Below are positions 11,953 to 24,944 of a stretch of 64,000 bases of DNA, piece after piece. The position numbers were made by a program, and so were the translations under genes. Under the pieces are notes generated by a model, which made no database searches, was not told the DNA's origin, and was given only the letters and a program-made list of their open reading frames with translations. This DNA is from Octopus vulgaris (Eukaryota): contig OX597826.1 of NCBI GenBank assembly GCA_951406725.2, positions 63,612,001-63,676,000 of the forward strand, read 5' to 3'. Position 1 is the first letter of the stretch, and each line of letters starts with the position of its first letter.

Positions 11953-12249
11953 TCTTTATATATAAAATTGAAGTTGTGTGTGTGAGACCCTGTCTCCTCC
12001 GATTTAGATTCCTAACTACTCCCACATTTTGCGGTGCAGTTTAACCAAAAGCGGGTATCTTATAGTCGTCATTCATATCGAGCCCTTCTGGGTATTAGCG
12101 TGCGTCTACGATGAGTCTACGATTTAAAAAAAAATTTACCATCATTTTTCCGCATTTTTTATGATTTTTGCTCGGGTTATATAAGGGAAGTAACCTTCTA
12201 AAAATGCTTATATAGATATTTCCCGAGCAACGTTGGGCGATACTGCTAG
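11953..12249 (+). mobile_element. Non-autonomous Helitron
   Basis: A|TCTTTATATATAAAA 5' end; CCCGAGCAACGTTGGG hairpin at 12222-12237; CTAG|T 3' end. Confidence 0.8.
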
Positions 12250-12278
12250 TATTTTATATTTGGTCTTCACCTCAACTT

Positions 12279-12643
12279 TATTACCTCTACCTTAGCGAAG
12301 ATGGAGGTATTGTTTGTTTGTTTGTCCATGGACAAGATATCTCAAGAACTGCTGGATGGATTTGGATGAAACTTTCAAGGATGTTTGGCCTCATGATTGG
12401 CACAAACTAATTAGCTTTTGGAATTGATCCAGTACCAGACAAGGATTCTGGATTATTTTTTTCTGTTTTTTTTTTTTTACTTCATTTTTGAGAGCGATCA
12501 GGTTCATTTTTTATTATTCTCATTCGTGAAAGCTATCAAGTTTATTTCAGATATTCTCATTTTAAAAATCAGCTCTGGTTAATTGTTGAGAGGACGGTGT
12601 TGCCTTGGTGGAGGTTTGTGTTCTCTGTGTACTCTTGCTAGTT
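12279..12643 (+). mobile_element. Helentron-associated (HINE/DINE-1-like) non-autonomous element
   Basis: 5' TTATTACCTCTACC with nearby inverted ATGGAGGTA, then a (TTTG)n microsatellite; 3' sub-terminal GGTGGAGGT, short hairpin and CTAGTT end. Confidence 0.6.
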
Positions 12644-15600
12644 ATTACTTTAGTTTCTTTGTCAAAGCTCTTTTGTCAACCATCTTGTGACTGCATCAGT
12701 GACTCTATAGTGCATGTGTTTAATTGATGAAATATGACCATTCTCAAATATAACAAATCAAACCTTGTGTCAGAATTAGAATAATAATACTACCACCACT
12801 GCTGCCACCACCACCACCATCATCATCATTATCATCAAGGCAGTGAACTGACAGGATCATTACTGTGCTGGACAAAATGCTTAGCAGTATTTCTTCTGGT
12901 TTTACAGTTTGATTTCAAATTCTGCCAAAATTAAGCTTTGCTTTTCATCTTTTCAGGGTCAGTGAAATAAGTACCAGTTCAGCACTGGGATTGATGTAAT
13001 TGACTAGATCCCTCCCCCAAAATTTCAGGCTTTTATGTCTATAGTAGAAAGGGTTTTTATTTACTGCCTTCATCTTTTTTAGAGATTTTCTACCAAACTA
13101 ATTTGATTATTATTATTATTATTATTATCATTATTATTATTATTATTACAATTATTAAGGCAGTAACCTGGTAGAATTGTTAACAAGTCGGATAAAATGC
13201 TTGGCGACATTTCTCCTGGCATTTCACATTCTAAGTTCAAATGCTGCAAGGTCAACTTTACATTTTATCCTTTTGGGGTTGATAAAGTCAAGTACTGGGG
13301 TTGATGTAAATGACTTCCCTTCCCCCTCAAAATTGTTGGACTTGTGCCAAAATTAGAAAGAATTATTATCATTATGAAGTAAAAGAAAAGGAAAAAATTT
13401 TCCCTAATATCAACACTTTTGTTGCCACATTTCTGTTGAAGTGCAATACTGTTTTTTCGATTAATTTTGAAAATAATGAAAAATTTATTGAAATCACTTT
13501 GTCAGTGGGTGTTTGGAACATGATTTAACATGAAATTTTGACAGGAGGTTTTAATTTAGATTGCTTTAAACAGAGAATTCATATCACATAATTAAGAGAA
13601 GGCTCAGGCAGGGTGATGTCAAAAGTGTTAAGCCAAAGATTCAATATCAGAGAAGCAGTCCCAAAATTCACTGTCTTTTAACAGCTTCTGGACAGTAATT
13701 TCCATTCCTTCTTAATGTTTCTCACATGAAACAATTGTTGTATTGCCATTGTCAGCATCAGCATCATCATCATCATCATCATCATTTAATGTCTGTTTTC
13801 CATGCTAGCATGGGTTGGACAGCTTGACAGGAGCTGGCAAGCCAGAGGACTGCACCAAACTCCACTGTCTGTTTTGGCATGGTTTTTACAACTGGATGCC
13901 CTTCCTAATGCCAACCACTTTACAGAGTGGATTATATATTACATTCCAAAAACAATAATTAGTGAAGGCATGTGTCACAGTGGTTTGGGTGTTGCACTAA
14001 CAATCGCAAGATCATGGTTTCAATTTCTGGAGTGAAACATTTTATTTCAGTTCACTCAGCAGTAAATGAATAACCCTACGATGGAATGGTATCCCATTTC
14101 CAGGAAGTGCTATGTTCTTGGCGACCATGGAAACCAAGTGATTGGCTGGCCTTATAAATCCTAGAACTCCAGGGGTTACAGTCACTTTTTTACTTTTAAG
14201 GAATGATTAGTCATTTATTCAATCATTCGTGTATTCACCCTCTTACATCATGTAACCCTTTATGACAGTCACCCAAGTCAATGTGAGAGACTCTAGGCAG
14301 TAGATCAACCTGCAAGAAATAGCAACCAAATCTCCTTTAAATCACATCTTATCATCTTCCACAAGGAATGGATTCATTAAATCATGTAAGCTTAAATATG
14401 TCTAAAAAGAACAAGACATTAACAGCTGAAATGTATTTGATTATAGGTCTACTCAATCATAGTTAACCTGGAGCTAAACAGCAACATGACAACAATAAAT
14501 CTTTTAGACTTAGCACTCACAACACTCTAAAGGAAACAGCTGCAAGTTACTGTTCTGTGTTCCTGGTAAATGTTGACCACAGTTTATGTTTTGTTCCTGA
14601 CTTCAATTTCCTACTTGAGCTACTTCAGATTTCAAAAGATCAATAAACTGTAAATAAGTACAACGCCAGAGCTACACCATCATCATCATCTTCATCATTA
14701 ATGTCCATTTTTCCAAACTACCGTGGATCACATAGAATTTGTTGAGGCAGATTTTCTACTTCTGGATGCCCCTCCTGTTGCCAAACCCTCACCTGCTTCC
14801 AGGCAAGATATTTCCCCTTAGTCAGACATTGCTTATCATTGAAAACTGTAAACAAACAACATTGCTTGTATGACACTGGTGCTTGCTTTTGCAACCATCT
14901 CATGATGTCCAGATGGATGCATACATGCAAACACACTCTTTTAGTTTTTGTCAAACTAATCCACTTACAAGGCTTTGGTTGGCTTTGGAGCTACTATAGA
15001 AGACACTTGCTCGTGTATCACACAGTAGGATTGGATTTAAGACAACATGGTCTTGAAGCAAGCTTCTTAATCACACAGCCATGCCAATACGACAAACAAG
15101 CATTATATTAACTTGTAGTACTTGGCTCACATCTTTCTTAATGCAAAAAGCTATGAGAGACTAGTTTCCTATCCAAAGAGTGCAAACTGTTAATGGAGAA
15201 AAGGCTGGGATAAATACCAGTACACACTTTCTTTAATATACACAGCATTTCACAGAAGTTGATAATCAACCCAAGTCTGTGGCATTTGGAAAAACAAAAG
15301 TTGAATAAAACCTATTGAGTGTGCAATATTAAATGTTAACTTATGTGAGAGCAGTCGCACATATATATACAAGTGAGTTGAAAGTACAGAAGAGTTATTA
15401 AAAATATTAGAATATGTGTGGAGCTGATAGACATTCAGCTTGTCTTGGCAACAGTATCTTTTGATGCTGGAAGCACACATACACACATGCATGCAGAAAT
15501 ACATAGATAGAATGAGAAAGAAGGAGAGGATGGAGGGAAGGAGAGGGATTGAGAGAATGAAAGAGAGAGGAAAAGGAAGAAGGGAGAGAATGAGAGAAAT

Positions 15601-15800
15601 ATTGCTTTCAAATTTTGGCACAAGGCCAGCAATTTCAGGAGAGGGGCTAAGTTGGTTACATCGACCCCCAGGGCTCAACTGTGATATATTTCATTGACCT
15701 CAAAAGGATGAAAAGCAGAATTTGAAATCAAAACAATGACATACGAAATGACATTAAGCATTTTGTCCAGCATGCTGATTCTACCAGTTCTTGACCTTAA

Positions 15801-16020
15801 CCCTTTGGTATTTAAACCAGCCATATCCAGCCAAAATAGCTAATCTGTTTTGTGTTCAAACTGACCAGATCCAGGCTCTCACACCTACCCTACAATGTTA
15901 TTCTACATTAAGTAATTGCACCATCAACAACATTGAAGATATGAGATAATGCATGATTAATTCAAATCAATGGGAATCAATAGGCATTATGTTTGATTGA
16001 ATAATCTGAACACTAAAGGG
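15801..16020 (+). mobile_element. piggyBac-like MITE
   Basis: TTAA|CCCTTTGG ... CTAAAGGG|TTAA; several copies in the window. Confidence 0.7.
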
Positions 16021-16151
16021 TTAAATGAGAGAAGCATCAAAAAAACATGTCATGTTAAATAAGCTTTGAATCAGTAATGCCAAATAGGTAGTGCCGAAAT
16101 GGCTGTGCCAAGACACCATCTCATATCTGACAGGAATGGCAGTATATGTCT

Positions 16152-16381
16152 CTTTCTTTACTACCCACAAGGGGCTAAACACAGAGAGGACAAACAATGA
16201 CAGACAAACAGATTAAGTCGATTATATCGACCCCAGTACGTAACTGGTACTTATTTAATCGACCCCGAAAGAATGAAAGGCAAAGTCGACCTCGGCGGAA
16301 TTTGAACTCAGAACGTAGCGGCAGACGAAATACCGATAAGCATTTCGCCTGGCGTGCTAACGATTCTGCCAGCTCGCCGCC
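16152..16381 (-). mobile_element. SINE family A, full length
   Basis: Full head GGCGGCGAGCTGGCAGAATCG; CpG-rich; TSD-like AATGGC..TATATG on both flanks. Confidence 0.9.
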
Positions 16382-17571
16382 TTAAATGGCGATATATGGT
16401 TTGGTTGTATATCAGACCCATGGAAAAACAGGCCTGTCGAAATGCTCCCACTCTAAATATACTATATACAAACCATCGTTACTACACCAAGAATACCTTC
16501 ACCCAGCCCACTTGCATCCCATTCGTGTATATTGAGTGGATAGAAAGAAATGAATGAATGAAGATTACACAGTAATAGCTATTACTTAAAACTGGCAGAG
16601 AAGACATTTATTGTCAGAATAATTCTCCAAAGACATTACCATTCACTGCCATAATAGTAATAATAACCATATATTTCTATTCATTTAACATGAAAAAGAC
16701 AAACAAAGAGTGAATGCAGTAACAAGAGGTTATAGAGAGATAAAAAGCATTGAAACAAATATTTAATTACACAAGAATTTTAAAATAAAAACACATACAC
16801 AAACACAAAACAAAGCAAAGAACAAACAAATGATTAATCCCACTTGAAACAATTCATTGCTTGTTTTTCATGTTCTTCAGAATTTTTTTTATTGCCTAAT
16901 CATTTTCTTTTCTTTTTTTCCACTTTTTACTTTTGTCAATTGTAATTGTGAAAATTTTCAGAAAAAAAAAAAAAACTGCAACTGTCAATAAACTAAAACT
17001 CTAAAAACCAAAACCTTAATTCCAGTTGAATAGCGTTCTGTTTGAATAGAGAGAGCAATACTTCAAAACTAAATTCAAGACATAATGACTTGCCAACAGA
17101 CAAGGAGACTGAATGGAAAATTCTTGGCTGTCTTAAGTACATTACTTATTTTACAATAAAGCTTTCTTAGATGTAGATACTACTACTACTACTACTACCA
17201 TCATTATCATCATCGTTATTATAAAGTGTTGAGTTGGTAGAATTGTTAGCATGTCACACACGTTGCTTAACAATATTTTGTCTGTCTTTATGTTCTGAGT
17301 TCAAATTCCACCTAGATCAACTTAGCCTTTCATGCTTTAGGGGTTGATAAAATAAGCACCAGTTGAGCACTAGTGGTCAATGTAATCAACTTAGCCCCTC
17401 CCAATGAAATTGCTGGACTTATGCCAAAATTTGAAACCATTATTAATATTATTATTACCATCAGCATCCATGATTACTTTCATTATAAAGGTGTCGAGCT
17501 GGTAGAATCATTAGCTTGCCACACAAAATGCTTAGTAAATGAGGAGTAAATAGAAAAGCAAATGACATATG

Positions 17572-17875
17572 TGGAGGCACAATGGCCCAGTAGTTAGGGC
17601 AGCGGACTCGCGATCGGAGGATCGCGGTTTCGATTCCCAGACCGGGCATTGCGTGTGTTAATTGAGCGAAAACACCTAAAGTTCCACAAGGCTCCGGCAG
17701 GGGGTGGTGGCGACCCCTGTTGTACTCTTTCGCCCCAACTTTCTCTTACTCTTTCTTCCTGTTTCTTGGGTAACGCTGCGATGGACTGGCGTCCCGTCCA
17801 CCTGGAGGGAACACATACACCACAGAAACCGGGCCCATGAGCCTGGCTAGGCTTGAAAAGGGCGCATTAAAAAAG
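17572..17875 (+). mobile_element. tRNA-derived SINE with V-domain-like core, young insertion
   Basis: A-box TGGCCCAGTAGTTAGG, B-box GGTTTCGATTCCC, V-SINE-like CTGCGATGGACTGGCGTCCCGTCC, and a perfect 12-bp TSD AAATGACATATG (17560-17571, 17876-17887). Confidence 0.85.
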
Positions 17876-18236
17876 AAATGACATATGGTTTGGTTCCCAG
17901 ACACTTTATCGTTATGTTATTTTTCACTCTCACTTTACGAAACATTCATTTATCTGTTGTATGCATTTATATTGCAGCTGGTGAACAATAAGTTTGATGG
18001 CTACAGGTCGCCAACTGACCAGTCACTGCTTCACAGCATATCAGGTAACAACAAGAGTAACAAAAAGCTGTTTGACGTGGAAGATTAAATACCACACAGG
18101 ATACTTTGTATTTGAAAGTAACATTTTATCTGTTTACCTTCACTTTTTTTTTTAGTTCCTTTGCTGGGTTTCACATTATTCTGTGATATTCTTTTATTCT
18201 TTTACTTGTTTCAGTCATTTGATTATGGCCATACTG

Positions 18237-18590
18237 GATGTTGATGTACTTGACTCAATAGGTCTCCTCAAGCACAGCAGGTCACGTGCCACCAGCACAG
18301 AAGCCAGTCAAGGCGGCGCTGGCATCGGCCACGTTCGGATGGTGCTTTTTACATGCCACCGGCCACGTTCGGATGGTGCTTTTTATGTGTCACCGGCACA
18401 GGTATCACAACTACAATTTCCATTTGATATTTATTTTGATGTTGATGTACTTGACTCAATAGGTCTCCTCAAGCACAACAGGTCACCTTACGATCCAAGG
18501 TAAGCACAGCAGGTCGTTCTGCAATCCAAGGTGCTTTGGATGGGCTGGGGCTGTGCGAAACTGGTGCAGGAAACAGCCATGAACTCACAA
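18237..18590 (-). mobile_element. RTE 3' region fragment with internal 49-bp duplication
   Basis: Contains RTE 3' UTR repeat units; 18237-18285 is repeated at 18438-18486 with 1 mismatch. Confidence 0.6.
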
Positions 18591-18714
18591 TAATAAAACT
18601 GTGAAGGTCTATAAACATCGGATATAGATTTACAAACTCTACACTCCAAATTAACTGTTAATAAAAAAAAATATGAAAAATATAAAGTAAAACAGATAAA
18701 ACTTGAACATAGTT

Positions 18715-19105
18715 CTTTTACTCTTTTACTTGTTTCAGTCATATGACTGCGGCCATACTGGAGCACTGCCTTTAGTCGAGCAAATCAACCCCGAGACTTA
18801 TTCTTTGTAAGCCCAGTACTTATTCTATCGGTCTCTTTTGCCGAACCACTAAGTGACGGGGACGTAAACACACCAGCATCGGTTGTCAATGCTAGGGGGA
18901 CAAACACAGACACACACATACATATATATATATACATATATACGACAGGCTTCTTTCAGTTTCCGTCTACCAAATCCACTCACAAGGCATTGGTCGGCCC
19001 GGGGCTGTAGCAGAAGACACTTGCCCAAGATGCCACGCAGTGGGACTGAACCCGGAACCATGTGGTTGGTTAGCAAGCTACTTACCACAGAGCCACTCCT
19101 GCGCC
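18715..19105 (-). mobile_element. tRNA-derived SINE family B, full length
   Basis: Head GGCGCAGGAGTGGCT...GGTTCAGTCCC; central GTGAGTGGATTTGGTAGACGGAAACTG domain (resembles the Meta domain as I recall it); internal microsatellite; (GTAAAAGA)n tail; TAGTT TSD. Other copies near 36465, 45570, 52203, 54860, 55640 and 63440. Confidence 0.9.
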
Positions 19106-19923
19106 TAGTTGTTTATTTAATGAAACATGAATACAGTATTAAGTGTATGTCTTCAACCTGGTCGCTGGTACTTTATTCTGCTGCATCATATTGTTACAGA
19201 AAGCACTGGAAGATTTGCATTTTTTATTACATTTAATAAAAATCAAGATCGTTTATTATGCTTTGAAATCCATTTCAGATTTGTATTGATGAAACTGATT
19301 TAAATATGCAATTAATATTGATTGATTTGCAATCAAATAGTGTGCTGAAATTATGATTTCAAGTTGAAATTTAAAAAAAAGAAAATAATTTTTTTTTTTT
19401 AATTTGTTGTAGCAAGCAAATAACTACAGCAATATCAAGCATTGTTTCCATATTTGGAAATGCTTGTGTGAGTAAACAGTTATTTTCCCAGATTGAGTTA
19501 CAAGACATAAAAATAAATAAAAATCACTCATGATTAATCATTGATGCATGAAATGAGTTTATAGTTCAGAGTTTCCATTTTTTTTTTTTTTTTTTTTTTT
19601 AATTTTCTCAAGCCTTCAGATTCATAAGGTCAGTTATTTGGGTTCTATGGCATATAAGTGACTAAGATCTCAACATCCCCTCTGAATGGGAAACTGGACA
19701 ATTTTATGAGTCAAGGCCAGCAATTTTGACAGGGTGGACTCTGACCTTACCAGCTCTGGACAAACCATCCAGCCCATGCTGGCATAGAAAACAGATGTTG
19801 AATGATGATGATGATGTTGATGACGACGACGACGATGATGATGAAAGGAGAAGACAAGTTGATTACATGGACCCCAGTACTTGATTGGTACTTTATTTCA
19901 TTAAGTCCAAATGGATGAAAGAC

Positions 19924-20086
19924 AAAACTGACCTTGGGAGCATTTGAACTCAAAATGTTATAGAGTCGGAAGAAATGCTGCTAAGCATTTTGTCTGATGT
20001 GCTAACAATTTTCTAACAAGGTAGAGGTTAGTGAGATGGACAGGTGCAGTTAGAGGTGAAGTACATTCAACAAGTCCAGAGGAGCA
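19924..20086. repeat. Left arm of 163-bp inverted repeat
   Basis: Reverse complement of 21833-21995 with 2 mismatches. Confidence 0.95.
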
Positions 20087-21687
20087 GAGATTATTGCTGT
20101 GGTGAATATAGAGATATAGGGAAGACAATTCTATAATAAGTAAAGGTTAAAGAGCATTGAAGAGGAAATGAGTTTGTTTTCTTATCTTTATAAAGCAACC
20201 AAGTCATACCACTAGGCTGCTTCATATGAGAGTGCAACAAACTTAAGTACTAAACAATGTGAGGTGAAAATACTGAAGCAATGGACTGGGTACCTAACTG
20301 CTAGACTACTTCAGGTAACATTGCAGCAATATATTGTGTGTTAAGAGCCAGCAGACTACTTCAGATGACATTGCAACAGATGGTGTCAAACCACTTACCT
20401 CAGATGACAACATCACAAACCTAACCACTGAACTACTTCAGACTGGATACCTAACCCCACGGCTCACCTGCTAGGTGGACTTAGAAGAGAGATACAACAG
20501 AGCACTATTCCAACATCTTGAGACAGTGCTGTTGCACACACACACACACAGAAACACAAACACATGCAGACTTATATACACACATGCTAAGAAAGACTAT
20601 TTTACTAACAGATTGGCATAATGTTGCTCAAAGACACACTCCAACCTGTGACCCACAGTAAAACTTCAACCCTTGGCCAATAAATGTTTTGTATCTTTTC
20701 TCTGACTTTTTCTACTTCTACTACTACTACTACTACTTCCACCACCACCATTACTACAACTAAAGTAGCCAATATTCCTTGGATCTGATTGGTCTTGTGC
20801 TAACACCATCCAAGCACCCTTGACTCACTTGCATCCCCTCCTCCTCCTCTTGTCACTCACATTCTTTCCACCCACACCAGGATTGCACTAACCAAGAGAA
20901 CGGGGTGAGAGGGATGGGAAGGAGAAGGAAGAGAAGAGTAATGAGCTGAAAGGAGAGGGAAGAAGTAAATGAGAGAAAGAGAAGAAAGAAGAAAAAAAGG
21001 AGATGTTGAAAGAAGGAGAAAGGAAGATAATGAAAGGCAAAGAGATGAAGGAAGAAACAGATGAAGACAAGGAAGAGGGGAAAGAAGATACAGGAGAAAT
21101 ATAAAGAAGTAAATGATGAAGAAAGAGAAGAAAAAAAGAAAAACAGTGCCTGCAGTAAAAACTACAAGAACAAGAAATTCAACAACAACAATATCCAACA
21201 ACAACAGTCATAAATCTAAGTGAGATCCAAGTAAATCAAATTGGATCAGAAACCTTCTAAAAATGGATGTTTGCAGTCAAGAGTGAAGTTTTAAGTGAAT
21301 TAATCTGTAGTAAGTCAACTGTTCAGGAGTGGTGCACTCTACTCCTTCAGCTAAAAATTACCATTCCAAGAGAGTTAAAATATCAACCTTCTCTTTGATG
21401 GCTCCTACATTTCATTGTAAAGAAAAAAAGACAAAAAAACCCCCAAAAAAACACAGAAAGAGCAGAGTGGTGCAGTGGAAATGTTTTGGACCCATAATCC
21501 AGAGGTCCATAGATCAAAATTACAAGGTGCAGGCATGGCTGTGTGGTAAGAAGTTCGCTTCTTGACCACATGGTGCTGGGTTCAGTCCCACTGCGTGGCA
21601 TCTTGGCAAGTGTCTTCTAGTATAGCCTCAGGCCAACCAAAGCATTGAGAGTGGATTTGGTAGGCGAAAAGTAGCCTGTCATATATA

Positions 21688-22250
21688 TTGGGTCATCCCA
21701 TAAATAATGTGGGTTTTTTTTCAGTTGCATGAACTAAAAGTCAGAGGCGGACAAGTTAAACCACCTGCATCAACTTGTTATAAAAGCAGATAATAGTTTT
21801 AACTTTGTTCTTACTCTTAGTGCAATAATTTTTGCTCCTCTGGACTTGTTGAATGTACTTCACCTCTAACTGCACCTGTCCATCTCACTAACCTCTACCT
21901 TGTTAGAAAATTGTTAGCACATCAGACAAAATGCTCAGCAGCATTTCTTCCGACTCTAGAACATTTTGAGTTCAAATGCTCCCAAGGTCAGTTTTAACAG
22001 TTATTTTTCCAAAGCTCTAATGGAAGTGACTAAGGAGTATATCTGGCATATTTTGCTTTATGAGTTCAATAAAGGCAACAACACAACAGAAAGTGCAAGG
22101 AATATTAATGCAGTATATGGGGGTTGGACAATAATTGCAAGCCTGTATCAACGGTGGTTCCAGAAATTCCAAGCCAGAAACTACAACCTAGAAGATGAGC
22201 CTCATCCTGTAAGATCTGTAGAGCTCAACAAGGATGTCCTGCAAACCCTG
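21688..22250 (+). mobile_element. 5' fragment of a mariner DNA transposon
   Basis: TA|TTGGGTCATCCCATAAATAATG left end within a SINE (TA)n tract, followed by the transposase N-terminus. No right TIR; the host SINE resumes at ~22250. Confidence 0.8.
21833..21995. repeat. Right arm of 163-bp inverted repeat, inserted in a mariner fossil
   Basis: Reverse complement of 19924-20086; interrupts the mariner 5' non-coding region. Confidence 0.95.
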
Positions 22251-22262
22251 GGCCAGCCTTGA
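22020..22262 (+). pseudogene. Truncated mariner transposase (N-terminal HTH DNA-binding region)
   Basis: MEVTKEYIWHILLYEFNKGNNTTESARNINAVYG...QRWFQKFQARNYNLEDEPHP matches the mariner N-terminal pattern; no DD34D catalytic domain. Confidence 0.85.
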
Positions 22263-23300
22263 CACTATCAATCACCTTGAGAACTACGTTAAGGAAAAGT
22301 GAGTCTGTGGAGTGTTCAGCCATGTGCATGTTGATTTCATGGGCCAGCTGTTCCATTGATTGGATCAACAGGAACACTCATTCTCAGAACTGACACAGTG
22401 CAGGTTTAGCCCTCCCCATCCGATCACCCTGATCAGTTCTGAATGAGCAGACCAATGGACAAAGGCATTCAGCTTCAGCCATTATCTCTTCTTATTTTTT
22501 TTTCAGTGCATCTCTGACCACATTATCTAATATGCCATTCCTTGGCTGCTATTTCTAGTAGTTCAAGTGGCCTTGTTGTTGTTAAAGTTGTTTAGTCCCA
22601 AAATCAGATCTGATTAAACAGCCATATACAAAAGTATTCCAGCTTCAACCATCACCTTTTCCTTTTTTGTGTGTGTTTCCCTAACTACACTATCCAATAT
22701 TTCCTTCCTTCTTTGGCTGCTATTTCTAGCAAGTCAAATGACTGCATAGAAATTCATTACCAGGTTGTTGGTGGATAGCAGAAAAATTACAACCTTTTAC
22801 TGAACAAGAGGATTTACTACTTCTAAGCAGACTTGGTAAAGTATTTTAAGAGATTAACAATGATTTTTCTGAGATTATTTAAAGCAAAGCAGGCTTACAG
22901 AAAAGAATGATTACTTTGTCATTTCTGGATTAATGCAGCTAGCAAGTTCACTCGGTGCACATGAGACCAATTAGGGAACTGCTGTGTAGTTGCTTGAGGG
23001 GCTAAAAATAGCAGTCAAATCACCTTCGGATCAAACCCAACCATCTTACAAAAGAGGATGGTACATTGGATCATATAATCCAGGATACGCTATATCTGGA
23101 TGAAAAGATGAGACAGGCATGCCCGGAAAGCCTTTGATCATAGTTCTACTTGATTAGAGCTGAACTGGATTAAACAACATCAATTAAGTGTTCGAGACTA
23201 ATGTCTTATTATCCTTTTATTACCCTGAGGTTGATAAACTAATGGTTTTTAATTTAAGCACAAGACCAGTAATTTTGAGGGGAGAAGGTCGGTTGATAGC

Positions 23301-23530
23301 TATTTCTTTATTACCCACAAGGGGCTAAACACAGAGGGGACAAACAAGGACAGACATAGGTATTAAGTTGATTACATCGACCCCAGTGCGTAACTGGTAC
23401 TTAATTTATCGACCCTGAAAGGATGAAAGGCAAAGTCGACCTCAGCGGAATTTGAACTCACAACGTAGCGCAGACGAAATACTGCTAAGCATTTCGCCTG
23501 GCGTGCTAACGTTTCTGCCAGCTCACCGCC
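23301..23530 (-). mobile_element. SINE family A, full length, nested in an older SINE
   Basis: Consensus-like copy; TSD GTTGATA(G/A)C at 23292-23300 and 23532-23540. Confidence 0.9.
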
Positions 23531-24944
23531 AGTTGATAACAGGTCACTTGATAGCATTTACTGCAGTACAATATCCTGCATGGCTGAGTGGTAGGATGTT
23601 GCACTTATGATTGCAAGATCGTGGTTTCAATTCTTGGACTAGGTGGTGCATTATGTTCTTCAGCAAGACACTCCATATCACATTGCACCAGTCACTGAGC
23701 TGCAATAAATAACCTTGCAACAGACCTGCATCCCATTCAAAGAGAGTAATGTGATGTCCATCATTAATACACTATGGAAACCAAGGAACCAGCCTAATCA
23801 GGCCCTGGTATTTGTAATATAGCAAATGAATGAAGTACTTAATTGATACTTTATTTTATTGACCCTGAAAGAATGAAAGATGAAGTTGATTCAGGCAGAA
23901 TTTGAACTCAAAATACCCATCAAGTACTGGGGGATGATTTAATCAAATATACTCCACCTTTAAATTACAGAATTAATTTCTATTATTATTATCATTATTA
24001 TTATTATTATTATTATTATTTAAGATAATGAGGATAATTTGGCAGAATCGTTGGAGCATCAAACACAATATCATGTGGTAGTTCATCTGACTCATTTCAA
24101 ATCTCATCAAGGTCAACTCAACCTTTCATGCTTCCTGGGATTGATGAAATTAAGAACCAGTCAAGTACTGGGCTTGCTCGATTTAATTGATTCACTCCCA
24201 AAATTTCTAGCTTTGTGCATTTGTTAGAAGACAATGACAACTACCACCACCACCATCACCCCTACAACTACTACTAATAATACTACCAAAATCACAAACC
24301 ACCATTCCTATCACAACTACTGCTACTGCTCCTACAGAGATTGGTGGGTGGCTGAACCATTTTCCTTAATTGTCTTTCCTTTCTTTCATGCCTTTAATTT
24401 TCCTTTTCTCCCTATTATTCTTTCACTCTTTCAAATTTTCTTCTATGCAGCATTATTCTCTTTCATTCATTATGTTGTGAGTTTAAAATCCTGCTAAAGT
24501 TGACTGATCTGGGTTTGATAAAGTAAGTACCAAACAGGTCACAAGTCAGCGAATCAACTATCTCTTCTCCCAGGAGATTTGTAGCCTTGTCTCTAAGTTA
24601 GAAAGTATTAGTGGGGGAACAAAAAAACTTAGAACTTACCAGAACATATAGTCAAATGTTCTTTGTACCTGAATTTTGTAAATGTGTGGAAGAGAGAACT
24701 CAATCCCAAGCAATGTTTAAATGCTTATTTGAAGCTAAAACTCTTTTTGTTGTAACTCAGAGTTTCACATTCTAAAATATTAATCTGACATGAAATTTTG
24801 AATGCCAGCAAAAATGACTTCAACTTCAAATGTGTGCACACATGCACATGTACACATGTGTGTATATATGTATGCCTTTGCATGTGAGAGAGAGAGAGAG
24901 AGAGCACAGCTAATTCAGCAGAGAATTAACATTTATATAATGCA

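Noticed and set aside
17573-17645. tRNA-like sequence with A and B boxes
   Set aside because: It is the head of a SINE with a body, tail and TSD, not a tRNA gene.
24640-24668. 29-nt micro-exon candidate with a strong CTG|GTAAGT donor
   Set aside because: No polypyrimidine tract, length not a multiple of 3, and the flanking exons already join colinearly with the protein family.
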